A stretch of DNA of 64,000 nucleotides, from the IMG/VR virus record IMGVR_UViG_3300028048_003164, positions 32,001 through 96,000 of that record, one strand, 5' to 3'. The notes under the pieces were generated by a model. It was not told the origin of the DNA and did no database searches. It saw nothing but the letters and a program-made list of their open reading frames with translations. Shown here in pieces: positions 53,011-61,699 of this stretch (position 1 is its first letter; the number at the start of each line of letters is the position of its first letter). This DNA is from a virus (Duplodnaviria > Caudoviricetes). The translations under genes and the position numbers were made by a program.

Positions 53011-53238
53011 ATGAATGTATATATATTAAAGCCGAAAGGCAAGTATAATCACGGCATGGCATTGGTGGCAGCACCCACCTTTGCCTACGCCAAGAGTGAG
53101 TATATATCAGGTGGCTCTTACGGAGTAATGTATAATTACGGAGAGTTTGAATTTGATGAAAACCACTCAGAACCGATAGAAGGTCTTGAGTAGCACGGAG
53201 GGCAATGCGTGATAGAAGATAGCATTTACATAGAATAA
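53011..53238 (+). pseudogene. Small gene probably carrying a premature TAG at 53191
   Basis: Reading past the TAG gives HGGQCVIEDSIYIE-TAA, which fills the gap to the next gene. Confidence 0.4.
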
Positions 53239-53248
53239 AAAAGAAGTT

Positions 53249-53470
53249 ATGTTGAAAACGGCGAAATTCGGGGATAAGTTTAAGACCCGTGACGGCAGTA
53301 TTGCCATATTGGTAAAAAGACGTGATTTAGCAAGAAAACGCGTTTATGAGTGTATGGTGGGTAAAAGTCTTAATCCGAATATGGCAGACGCAATAATGTG
53401 GCCATATAACGAGGATGACACAGCGCAAGAAGGTTTTACGCATTTTGATTTGATAGAAGAATTTAAATAA
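53249..53470 (+). CDS. Hypothetical protein
   Basis: FGDKFKTRDG...DLIEE pattern. Confidence 0.6.
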   Translation: MLKTAKFGDKFKTRDGSIAILVKRRDLARKRVYECMVGKSLNPNMADAIMWPYNEDDTAQEGFTHFDLIEEFK

Positions 53471-53570
53471 GCCGCTGTGTTCGCTTTCTATGAGCACAGC
53501 GGGTAACTATGCCACCTTTATTATAATAAGGCGGCACAAGCCGTAAAAACGGCAAAATCTAAGGGTTTCT

Positions 53571-53600
53571 AAGGAGAGTTTTACGACTCTCCTTTTTTTT
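53571..53600 (+). terminator. Intrinsic terminator
   Basis: AAGGAGAGT-TTTACG-ACTCTCCTT followed by a T run. Confidence 0.75.
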
Positions 53601-53606
53601 ATTCGT

Positions 53607-53664
53607 ACCTTTGCACCATTTTTTTTAATGTATTTGTTAACAAAATACTTTTTTGATACATTTG
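53607..53664 (+). promoter_or_regulatory. Head-operon promoter(s) with palindromic box
   Basis: TACCTTTG near 53606, then GTATTT-GTTAACA-AAATAC-N8-TACATTTG (53630-53664). Confidence 0.6.
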
Positions 53665-53700
53665 CATCGAGTTATCAAAAATTTAACAAATATAAGAATT

Positions 53701-54552
53701 ATGAACAAGAAAACCAAGTTGGTACTGGAACTGTTGAAGACCAAGGCTTCGTCCCTGGGTTTCAACAGAGAGGAATTGGAGGGTGCTGCAAAGACGATTG
53801 CAGACAACCTTGGAGTAGATGACGATGCGACGGATGAGGTGATGAACGCAGCCGCAGAAAAGGCGGTGGCGGTCTATATGCCGATACTTGAGCTGAGTCA
53901 GAAGAATGCTAACCGTATCATCACCAAGAACAAGGAGGAGCGTGAAAAGGCCGAGGCCGAGGCAAAACGCAAGGCTGAAGAAGAGGCAGCGAAGAAAGCC
54001 GCCGAGGAAGCAGAGGCAAAGCGTAAAGCCGAAGAGGAGGCAGCAGCCAAGAAAGCCGAGGAGGCAGCACGTAAGGCGGCAGAAGAGGCTGGATTCCAAA
54101 GACTCCTTGATTCCGATTGGGCAAAGGGCTTGAAAGCGGAGAACGAGAACCTCGCCAAGCAGCTGAAGGAACAGACAAATGCTTACAAGAAACAGCAGGA
54201 GGAGTTCAAGAAACAGCTTGAAGAGTTTAATGCTTTCCGTAATGAGTTCAATACCATGAAGGCAGACCGTCTGAAGGCGACCAGAGAGAACCGTCTCGAG
54301 GAACTCTTAAAGGATGCAGGTGTGTATGGAGAGCGCATAAAGAAGAACTATGCCAGAATGTCGTTTGATTCCGACGAGGACTTTGAGGAGTTTCTCGGTG
54401 GCATCCAGGAGGATATAAAGGCGTTCAATCAAGAGCGTGCCGACAAGGGACTTGATACGTTTAGCGTGCCAGGAACTGGCGGAGCTAATCAAGAAACCAA
54501 GAAAGAGCCGATGTCAGATGCAGAGATAGAGGCTCTTGCAGCAATTATGTAA
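53701..54552 (+). CDS. Probable capsid scaffolding protein
   Basis: Coiled-coil with EAEAKRKAEEEAA repeats; first gene of the head operon. Confidence 0.7.
   Translation: MNKKTKLVLELLKTKASSLGFNREELEGAAKTIADNLGVDDDATDEVMNAAAEKAVAVYMPILELSQKNANRIITKNKEEREKAEAEAKRKAEEEAAKKAAEEAEAKRKAEEEAAAKKAEEAARKAAEEAGFQRLLDSDWAKGLKAENENLAKQLKEQTNAYKKQQEEFKKQLEEFNAFRNEFNTMKADRLKATRENRLEELLKDAGVYGERIKKNYARMSFDSDEDFEEFLGGIQEDIKAFNQERADKGLDTFSVPGTGGANQETKKEPMSDAEIEALAAIM
53950..54090 (+). repeat. Coding tandem repeat (AEAKRKAEEEAAKKA)n
   Basis: About three imperfect repeat units. Confidence 0.7.
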
Positions 54553-54569
54553 AACTAAAACAAAAGAAA

Positions 54570-54956
54570 ATGGCAAACACAAACACAGAGTTTACCTTCG
54601 GAAATGATCCTATCGTCATCCGTAAGGAACTTGACGACATCAAAGGTGGAGTCGTTCTCGATGTTACTGGTTACACCGAAGAGTTCGTCTATGCAGGTCA
54701 TCCTGTTATCCGTGACGTGGCAACAGGTCTGACTTTTAAGCCGTTCCCCGTGGCAAATGGTGCTCTTGGCACACTGCCGGAAGGCTATGAGTATTGTGGT
54801 GTCGTTATTCGTACCAAACCGACCGCAGAGCCGTTCGTATCAGTTCTGACCATCGGTGAGGTGAACGAAAAGGCACTCAAATTCCCTCTCACAGCGGCTA
54901 TCAAGACCGCTTTCAAGGCCGCTGTCCCGACTATTCGCTGGGAGCATGACGTATAA
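54570..54956 (+). CDS. Probable head decoration/cement protein
   Basis: 128-aa beta-rich ORF between scaffold and capsid. Confidence 0.65.
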   Translation: MANTNTEFTFGNDPIVIRKELDDIKGGVVLDVTGYTEEFVYAGHPVIRDVATGLTFKPFPVANGALGTLPEGYEYCGVVIRTKPTAEPFVSVLTIGEVNEKALKFPLTAAIKTAFKAAVPTIRWEHDV

Positions 54957-55007
54957 GCCCGAAAAAAGGTAAAAAGATTGTTTAACGGATAACAAGAAAA
55001 ATAGAAA

Positions 55008-56318
55008 ATGTTACAGTCACTATTTTATAAGTATTTGGAGCGTTTCTTTCCGAGACTCCAGCGTCTCATTGAGACGGTAAACAAAAAGCGTGGAAACTCT
55101 CTTACATATCTGCACAAGCAACATTTGAATGAAGAGTACAGCCCCGACAACAAGTGGGAAAGCACCATCAGTGACACCACCTACGTGGCTGCTGACTTTG
55201 TTTCAATGGACAGCGCACTTCCCATCAAGCAGCGTGACACTATCCAGACCGCCAACGGCAAGCTTCCGAAGATTGGTATCAGCCGCGTTCTTCGCGAGTC
55301 TGACATCAATACTCTGAACACAATGGAGGCACAGGGCGGCAATGCGCAGCTCATCTCCCGTAAGCTTGCCAATGACCCCGTGGCATGCGCACAGGGTCTC
55401 GACGAGCGTAATGAGTACAACTTCCTGTCTGGATTCTCAAACGGTTACGTAGCCATTAAGGATGATGACAACCCCAACGCGCTCATGCGTATCAACTTTA
55501 ACTACCTCGACAGGAATACATTCTCATCTTCGAATCCCGGCTCTCCCGAACTTGAGGATATCTTGAACGTAATCGAGAAAGCAGAGGAAAATGGTACAAC
55601 CATCCGTTACATTTGGATTTCTAAGCAAACGTACGATGAGTTGCGTCATTCCGAAGCTGCTCGAGAGTTGGCCGCAAATTACGAGCGTCGTATTGTCGGC
55701 AATGGTATCACATTGCCTGTTCCGACTCCTACGCTGTTTGATGAAGCGTTCTCCGACGAGACAAATGGTGTAAGCTTCGTTAAGGTTAACCGTTCTGTCA
55801 TCATCGAGGAGAATGGCATTCGCAAGAACGTGAAGCCTTGGAACGACAACCGTATTATCTTCGTAGAGGACGATATTGTTGGCACGCTTGTCTACGGTCG
55901 TCTTGCAGAGACCACAAATCCCGTTGAGAACGTGCTTTATCAGCTTGTTGACAACTACAAGCTTATTGCACGCTTCCGTGAAACCAATCCTCTGCGTGAG
56001 ACAACCACGGGTCAGGCCATTGTTGCTCCTATCATCGAGAATATCGACCAGATTTACGTCCTCGACATCAGCCAAGGTCAGGCAGTGGACGAGACTGCTG
56101 AGGCAGCAGACACCAATGATACCTTCGTAACCGTCTGGGGAAACAAGTACAATAAGGCTGCTTTCATTACCGCCTACAACGCACTCGAAGGTGAGAAGAC
56201 TCCGAGAACCTTGAAGGAAGGTGCTACCGACGTCAACATCATCAAGGCTGTGAACAAGCTCAGCGTTGAGCAGGTAGAGAAGCTGCAGGATGCCTTGACA
56301 CCCGTGACCAACGGTTAA
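55008..56318 (+). CDS. Major capsid protein
   Basis: VAADFVSMDSALPIKQRD...GKLPKIG; size and position fit; about 80-aa C-terminal extension. Confidence 0.85.
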   Translation: MLQSLFYKYLERFFPRLQRLIETVNKKRGNSLTYLHKQHLNEEYSPDNKWESTISDTTYVAADFVSMDSALPIKQRDTIQTANGKLPKIGISRVLRESDINTLNTMEAQGGNAQLISRKLANDPVACAQGLDERNEYNFLSGFSNGYVAIKDDDNPNALMRINFNYLDRNTFSSSNPGSPELEDILNVIEKAEENGTTIRYIWISKQTYDELRHSEAARELAANYERRIVGNGITLPVPTPTLFDEAFSDETNGVSFVKVNRSVIIEENGIRKNVKPWNDNRIIFVEDDIVGTLVYGRLAETTNPVENVLYQLVDNYKLIARFRETNPLRETTTGQAIVAPIIENIDQIYVLDISQGQAVDETAEAADTNDTFVTVWGNKYNKAAFITAYNALEGEKTPRTLKEGATDVNIIKAVNKLSVEQVEKLQDALTPVTNG

Positions 56319-56384
56319 TTCAAGCGAGACATCATCAAGGACGACATGAAGCGATTCCTAACCACGAAGAAATAAAGGAGCTAA

Positions 56385-56699
56385 ATGACTATACTTGAAG
56401 CTATAAAGGCTCGCGTCAACTACCCCATGACAGACGTACAAGCCATGGAAAAGATTGTCGGCAGGGGGTTAGACCCCGCCGGCGCTTTTGACGCATCCGT
56501 TGCATCGGAGCAGGCGTTTCAGCTTGCCTATGCCGATACGCTGCGCTTCGTTATCACCATGGTCAACCTCTCGCAAGGTGGCTCGATAACGGCACAGAAC
56601 ATGGCTGGGATACGTGAGACGGCTAACGCTATCTACAAGAAGTATGGTGAGACGCTCATCGGAGATACGGCAAATCCGACGGTGTATATAATGAGTTAA
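56385..56699 (+). CDS. Head-tail adaptor
   Basis: Position after the capsid; MTILEAIK...NLSQGG...ANAIYKKYG. Confidence 0.65.
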   Translation: MTILEAIKARVNYPMTDVQAMEKIVGRGLDPAGAFDASVASEQAFQLAYADTLRFVITMVNLSQGGSITAQNMAGIRETANAIYKKYGETLIGDTANPTVYIMS

Positions 56700-56702
56700 G
56701 CC

Positions 56703-57035
56703 ATGCAGATATTCCCCAACGGCATACTTAGGTGGTTCGGCAGTGTTACGGCAGACCTTGACGAGTACGGAATGCCTGTAGCCGCCGACACAAGCAGTTC
56801 CATGGAGTGCCGATGCACCATAACGACGGCATCGGAGAAAAGGAACGCCACCTATGACGGAGGGGCAGTAAAGCTGGCAACCTATACCGTGACATGTAAT
56901 ATGGAGGACGTAGGGGAGGGTTTCAGCCCGCACACGGTTCATCTAGTGCATGATATAAAGGGTGACCTAGGAATGTTTCAAGTGCAACGAATAGAATACT
57001 ACACGATAACTCAGACCATTGAGCTGTGGGTATGA
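56703..57035 (+). CDS. Head closure protein
   Basis: LDEYGMPV...C motif and synteny. Confidence 0.6.
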   Translation: MQIFPNGILRWFGSVTADLDEYGMPVAADTSSSMECRCTITTASEKRNATYDGGAVKLATYTVTCNMEDVGEGFSPHTVHLVHDIKGDLGMFQVQRIEYYTITQTIELWV

Positions 57036-57442
57036 TAAGGTGCTTGACAGACATCGACAAGGTTGTAGCCAACGTGAAAATGGAGGCGGAGAAGTTAATG
57101 ATATCCGCATTCAAGAGGGCGGGGGCACTTGCCGTAGAAAAAATCAAACAGACCAAGACATACAAGGACGTGACGTTCAAGCTGACATCATCCATCGGGT
57201 ATGGAGTAGTATGGAATGGTCAGTTGATTGAAGAGGGAGGCTTCGGAAACGGGGAAGGCGGAGAGAAAGGCAGAACGTTTCTGCACTCGCTCGTCAGCGG
57301 AGTACCGTACGGACTGATTATAGTGGCTGGCATGGATTATGCGCTCTATGTCGAACGTAAGGGGTATGTCGTCCTTGACGGTGGGACGCTTGATATAGGA
57401 AAGGATATTAAAGATTATCTTGAAAAGCAGAAGATTCAATGA
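57026..57442 (+). CDS. HK97 gp10-like neck/tail component
   Basis: YKDVTFKLTSSIGY...VAGMDYALYVE. Confidence 0.75.
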   Translation: MGMIRCLTDIDKVVANVKMEAEKLMISAFKRAGALAVEKIKQTKTYKDVTFKLTSSIGYGVVWNGQLIEEGGFGNGEGGEKGRTFLHSLVSGVPYGLIIVAGMDYALYVERKGYVVLDGGTLDIGKDIKDYLEKQKIQ

Positions 57443-57852
57443 CGAACGGAGAATTGGAAGTCCTTATGAGGACACGTGTCATGGAGGCTCAGCCTCCGAT
57501 ATCTGGCGGCGTGTACTTTAAGGATATGCGTCCGCGGCAGAACGACAACGACGCTTTCCTCGAGGATTGCGAGGTAATGGTTCTGACGGGCTCTGGGAAT
57601 GAACATGTCACGGGGACGTGCGTGGTCAACATCTACGTCCCTGACACTCTGACCGCAAGCGGGCTCTATCTGCGGAACAAACGCCGCACGGACGAGCTCG
57701 AGGCGTGGCTGAAAGACTTACCGCAGTATTTGAGGGACGGATACGTCTACTTTCAGCGTGAAGGATTGCCAGTTACGATAAGGGAGGAGAGTACTCATGA
57801 ACACTTCGTATCATTGAAGATGAAATTTAAAGTTATAGAAAACAACTATTAA
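57439..57852 (+). CDS. Tail terminator-like protein
   Basis: Synteny; VNIYVPD motif. Confidence 0.6.
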   Translation: MTNGELEVLMRTRVMEAQPPISGGVYFKDMRPRQNDNDAFLEDCEVMVLTGSGNEHVTGTCVVNIYVPDTLTASGLYLRNKRRTDELEAWLKDLPQYLRDGYVYFQREGLPVTIREESTHEHFVSLKMKFKVIENNY

Positions 57853-57865
57853 AGAAAAAAAGACT

Positions 57866-58327
57866 ATGATTATAGCTTGGGGTATTCCAACCATTACAGT
57901 TAAGAATCTTGCCACCGGTAGTACACCTATCACTTTCCACACTCCAGTAGAGGACTCTACTCAGCTCTCCACGGAAAAGGGTGAGAAGATGGAAGCTACC
58001 ATTGAAGGTGGCGAGGCAGAGGCCGTGAAATACAAGCGCGGCAAGTATACATTAGAGTTCCAAATCCGTTTGGGTGACAGCCATAACAAATGGCAGATTG
58101 ACGGTGTGGACGGTGTTGTAGACGGTGAGTGGGAGGTGACGCTCGAGCCAGAGGACTTCTCTTCAGGAGCACCTGGTTTCAAGATTCCAAAGTCTGTATG
58201 TTCCTATGAGGACAGCTACTCTTCCGACAACGGTATCATCCGTACCTATCAGTTCGAGTCGCTGAAGCCGGAGACAGGAAAGCAGATTCAGTGGACTGGC
58301 TCCGCATCTGTCAACGCAAGCGTTTAA
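57866..58327 (+). CDS. Tail tube protein
   Basis: IAWG...TPVEDSTQL...EATIEGGE; followed by a terminator. Confidence 0.65.
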   Translation: MIIAWGIPTITVKNLATGSTPITFHTPVEDSTQLSTEKGEKMEATIEGGEAEAVKYKRGKYTLEFQIRLGDSHNKWQIDGVDGVVDGEWEVTLEPEDFSSGAPGFKIPKSVCSYEDSYSSDNGIIRTYQFESLKPETGKQIQWTGSASVNASV

Positions 58328-58345
58328 TAAAACGCCATATCCTAC

Positions 58346-58380
58346 AAGAGCCCTCTCCAAGCGAAGGGGGCTCTTTCCTT
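58346..58380 (+). terminator. Terminator after the tail tube gene
   Basis: AAGAGCCCTCT/AGGGGGCTCTT stem followed by a T-rich tail. Confidence 0.65.
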
Positions 58381-58415
58381 TGAAGGAAGAATAATAATCC
58401 CCGAATATTAATAAT

Positions 58416-59102
58416 ATGAACATACTAACCGTCCATTACAATACCCCTATACTTGTAGATGTCCTTGTCCGCAGCGTAAGGAAATATACGGACTGTCCCG
58501 TCTATGTCTTCGACAATTCCGATGAGGAGCCGTTCACAAAAAAAACAGAAGGCGTGGAGGTTATAGACAATACAAAAGGACAGGTGTTCGATTTCGACGC
58601 CCTACTGAGACAGTATCCTGACCGTAAGGCAGGTCTTTTTTCCTCCTTCGGGAGTGCCATGCACACGAAAAGCGTAGATGCATGTTTCGACATACTGACT
58701 GACGGTTTCATCCTTATGGATTCCGATATCTTGATAAAAAAGGATTTTACGTGGATATGGGACGAGAGCTGCGTGTGGTCGGGTGAAATGAAGGATGACG
58801 GCCCGAAAGGTGCTTATGTCACGCGCCTACTGCCTTTCCTCTGCTATATCAACGTGCCGATGTGCAAAAGACACGGAGTACGTTACTTTAACGGTGAATG
58901 GATGTGGAATCTCTCGACGAAGAAACCTAACACCCTATATGACACGGGGGCGTGGTTTCTGCGTGACACACTCGACAAAGGACTTCCTCATAAGGATTTT
59001 CATGTGGATGAATACATTGAGCACTTTAGCCATGGCAGCCATGAGTTCCTTAACATAGACCTTTTCGACTGGATAATGGAGCACAAGGAATTGTGGAAAT
59101 GA
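58416..59102 (+). CDS. GT-A fold glycosyltransferase-like protein
   Basis: TVHYNTP, VYVFDNSD, FILMDSD (DxD), YDTG and HFSHGS. Confidence 0.65.
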   Translation: MNILTVHYNTPILVDVLVRSVRKYTDCPVYVFDNSDEEPFTKKTEGVEVIDNTKGQVFDFDALLRQYPDRKAGLFSSFGSAMHTKSVDACFDILTDGFILMDSDILIKKDFTWIWDESCVWSGEMKDDGPKGAYVTRLLPFLCYINVPMCKRHGVRYFNGEWMWNLSTKKPNTLYDTGAWFLRDTLDKGLPHKDFHVDEYIEHFSHGSHEFLNIDLFDWIMEHKELWK

Positions 59103-59106
59103 AGGC

Positions 59107-59817
59107 ATGGAAGAGTTGGACTATGAGATACAGGATGCCATTCTTGAACGTCCCCATGTGTTCAGAATCGATGGCGAGACGTTCTACCTCTATCCCTTGA
59201 CACTCGGAAAGATTCATCTCATGCAGAGGATATCCGAGTCGTTGGGATTGGAAAGGAAGAACCTCGAGAAGAACGCCATGCTTGAGATGCTGCGTGTCGT
59301 GGAGAAGAACAAGCCTGCCTGCTGCGACCTTCTCGCCTACCTTACGGCAAGGAACGACTATTACTCCGTCTTCGACTATGACGCTTTTGACAGGAGAAAA
59401 ACAGTGTTCATGGAGCAGGAAGACAGCGAAATAGCAATGCTCGTCATGAAGGCGTTGTCATCGGACAGGACGGAACGCTTTATCACTCACCTCGGCATTG
59501 ACACCGAGCAGAAAGATATGCAGAAGGTGGCAAAGGTGAAATCCGCCTCGGACAAGAACAGCTACACCTTCGGCGGAGTCTCTGTATTCGGTTCGCTGCT
59601 TGACGTTGCTATGGAACGGTACAAGATGACGAAGAGACAGGTCGTCTGGGAAATAGACTACACCTCGCTAAGGCTTCTTCTCGCAGACCGTGTCAACTCA
59701 TTGTATGTGACGGATGAGGAGAGGAAGAAAATCCACATATCAAGGGACAGGAAGAAGGTGGACGGTGATAACAGACAGGCGATAATGGAGGCGATAAGGT
59801 CTCATGATTGGGAATAA
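59107..59817 (+). CDS. Probable tail assembly chaperone
   Basis: FYLYPLTLGK...FGGVSVFGSLLD...VWEIDY; synteny. Confidence 0.6.
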   Translation: MEELDYEIQDAILERPHVFRIDGETFYLYPLTLGKIHLMQRISESLGLERKNLEKNAMLEMLRVVEKNKPACCDLLAYLTARNDYYSVFDYDAFDRRKTVFMEQEDSEIAMLVMKALSSDRTERFITHLGIDTEQKDMQKVAKVKSASDKNSYTFGGVSVFGSLLDVAMERYKMTKRQVVWEIDYTSLRLLLADRVNSLYVTDEERKKIHISRDRKKVDGDNRQAIMEAIRSHDWE

Positions 59818-59928
59818 AAGGGAACCCCGTCTTTAATAAAAGGCACCACCGATTTATTAGAGCGCAAGGCTGCAATGACGGGGTTCACACCTCTCTTTCA
59901 TAGTTGTTTTGAGGTCAATGCAAAGTTA
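59815..59928 (-). ncRNA. Candidate small RNA (or 14-aa peptide gene) transcribed leftward
   Basis: TAACTTTG on - (59921-59928), GAACCCCGTC/GACGGGGTTC stem and T-rich tail. Confidence 0.35.
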
Positions 59929-59951
59929 AATAAAACCTTAAAACACGTCTT

Positions 59952-60194
59952 ATGAAAGTTATAGAATTGTTAAAAATTGACCAGTTAGTGTTAAACATAC
60001 TGCATGAAAATTGCATCAGTGTGGGTGATGTGAGGTATATCTGTCTCTATGATGATTTTATGGGCATCATAGGTCACGGCGGAAAGATAACCTATGCCGT
60101 ATCTGTCTTGTCGGAGAAGTACGGAATAAGCGAGCGGAAGGTCTATTACCTTCTGAAAAAGTTCTCAAAGGACTGCAATGTCTGTGCAGTCTGA
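59952..60194 (+). CDS. Small Mor/HTH-like regulator
   Basis: YAVSVLSEKYGISERKVYYLLKKF. Confidence 0.7.
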   Translation: MKVIELLKIDQLVLNILHENCISVGDVRYICLYDDFMGIIGHGGKITYAVSVLSEKYGISERKVYYLLKKFSKDCNVCAV

Positions 60195-60239
60195 AAATAC
60201 GAAAATCCTTTTTTTTGATATATTTCTTGCCTATCTTTG
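60171..60239 (+). promoter_or_regulatory. Inverted repeat plus promoter of the downstream module
   Basis: GACTGCA-N7-TGCAGTC (60171-60191); TATCTTTG at about 60232. Confidence 0.55.
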
Positions 60240-60296
60240 TCCTTGTCGATGCGCAAAGACAAGGAACTAATGTATTAACATCACAAAAACTAAACT

Positions 60297-61301
60297 ATGG
60301 CTTCAGAAATTTATCAAATTCCGGAAAGCAATTCTGGAAATGCAGGATTCGGAAACATTCCGTTCTCTATCCCCGTGGGTGGTTTCGGTGGCGGAGGCAT
60401 CTTCGGAGGTAATGGTTTCGGCAATGACATCGGAGGCCTTATCACGCTCGCCATCGTGGCTTCTATCTTCGGATGGAACAACGGCGGAGGGTTCGGATTT
60501 GGCGGTAACGGTGGTGGCAATGGTGCGGCAGGTTTCCTCTCTAACCAAATCAGCAATGACACGGGCAGGGAGCTTATCATGCAGGCTATTACCAACCAGG
60601 GTGAGGTTTCCCGCACGGCAACACAGACGCTGAGTACCATGCTCGGGCAGGATTTCAATTTAGTAAACGCTTCGATTCAGGGTATTCAGAATGCTTTGAA
60701 TACCATCAGTGCAAATCAGGGTATGAATGCCCTGCAGGTCATTAACGCAATCCAGAATGGAAACGCAAGCCTTGGCGCTCAGTTCCAGCAGTGCTGCTGC
60801 CAGAATCAGTTGGCTATGTGCCAACAGACTAATGCGCTCCAGCAGGGCTTGAACGCAAACGCTGTCGCAGCACAGCAGGGCTTCGCAGGCGTACAGCAGT
60901 CCATTGCCTCAAAGGCGGCTTCCGACCAGTTGGCTCTATGTCAGCAAACATACGGCCTTACCGATACTATGAACCGGAACTTCCTCGCCCTCGATAACAA
61001 GATAGACGCTCTTGAATCGAACCGTAAGGATAGGGAAATCACCGCCCTCACGGCAGAGAACGCCCAACTGAAATCGCAGAACTTCACCGCTGGCGTCGTT
61101 CAGCAGGCTGTCGCTCCACTAAATGCACAGCTCGCAGGTCTTGCAAAGGAGGTCGATGACATCAAATGCAAACTCCCAGAGACAGTGAATGTACAGTGGC
61201 CGAATTTGGTGGCAGTAAATGCTAGTCCGTATGTAAGTGGTGGGTTCTATCCAAACGGATATGGCTATAATGGCTTTGGCAATGGTAACTTGGTATTCTA
61301 A
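60297..61301 (+). CDS. Gly/Asn-rich membrane-anchored coiled-coil protein with a CCC motif
   Basis: Gly-rich N-terminus, TM-like LITLAIVASIFGW, QQCCCQNQ and a Gln/Ala-rich coiled coil. Confidence 0.8.
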   Translation: MASEIYQIPESNSGNAGFGNIPFSIPVGGFGGGGIFGGNGFGNDIGGLITLAIVASIFGWNNGGGFGFGGNGGGNGAAGFLSNQISNDTGRELIMQAITNQGEVSRTATQTLSTMLGQDFNLVNASIQGIQNALNTISANQGMNALQVINAIQNGNASLGAQFQQCCCQNQLAMCQQTNALQQGLNANAVAAQQGFAGVQQSIASKAASDQLALCQQTYGLTDTMNRNFLALDNKIDALESNRKDREITALTAENAQLKSQNFTAGVVQQAVAPLNAQLAGLAKEVDDIKCKLPETVNVQWPNLVAVNASPYVSGGFYPNGYGYNGFGNGNLVF

Positions 61302-61325
61302 TTAAGGGTATAGGAGGTTAAAAGT

Positions 61326-61667
61326 ATGGGTTGTAATTGTAATTGCAATATAACGACTAATGCAGGAGGAATCCCGTACATTAGCAATACCAACGTGACA
61401 GTAGGTACAGAGACTGTTGATATCGCACTTGGCTTTCGTCGTATTCAGCCAATAGGTTATTTCACCGTACATATGGAGAATGCCATTCCTGCTGATGCAA
61501 CGACAACGCTTCCAGTGACACTGACGATGAATGGAGTGACACGTAACCTCACCATGCCCAACGGTACGGCGGTGACTGTGGCAGATATACTTGCCACAAA
61601 TGTTTTCCTCGTTTTTAACGACAGATTCAATAGTACTTTAGCATTGATGTCACGGACAATCGTGTGA
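61326..61667 (+). CDS. Beta-rich hypothetical protein
   Basis: MGCNCNC start, Thr/Val-rich. Confidence 0.7.
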   Translation: MGCNCNCNITTNAGGIPYISNTNVTVGTETVDIALGFRRIQPIGYFTVHMENAIPADATTTLPVTLTMNGVTRNLTMPNGTAVTVADILATNVFLVFNDRFNSTLALMSRTIV

Positions 61668-61699
61668 ACCAAACAAATAACTTACAAAAGTAAAGAATC

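Noticed and set aside
53191-53193. Amber (TAG) recoding as in some Prevotella/Bacteroides phages
   Set aside because: Only one suspicious internal TAG was seen. Long genes read through without internal TAGs, and TAG ends the vWA gene and terL at plausible positions. A single nonsense mutation is more parsimonious.
53950-54090. Nucleotide repeats as a regulatory or mobile repeat
   Set aside because: Explained by the Ala/Glu/Lys coiled-coil repeat of the scaffold protein.
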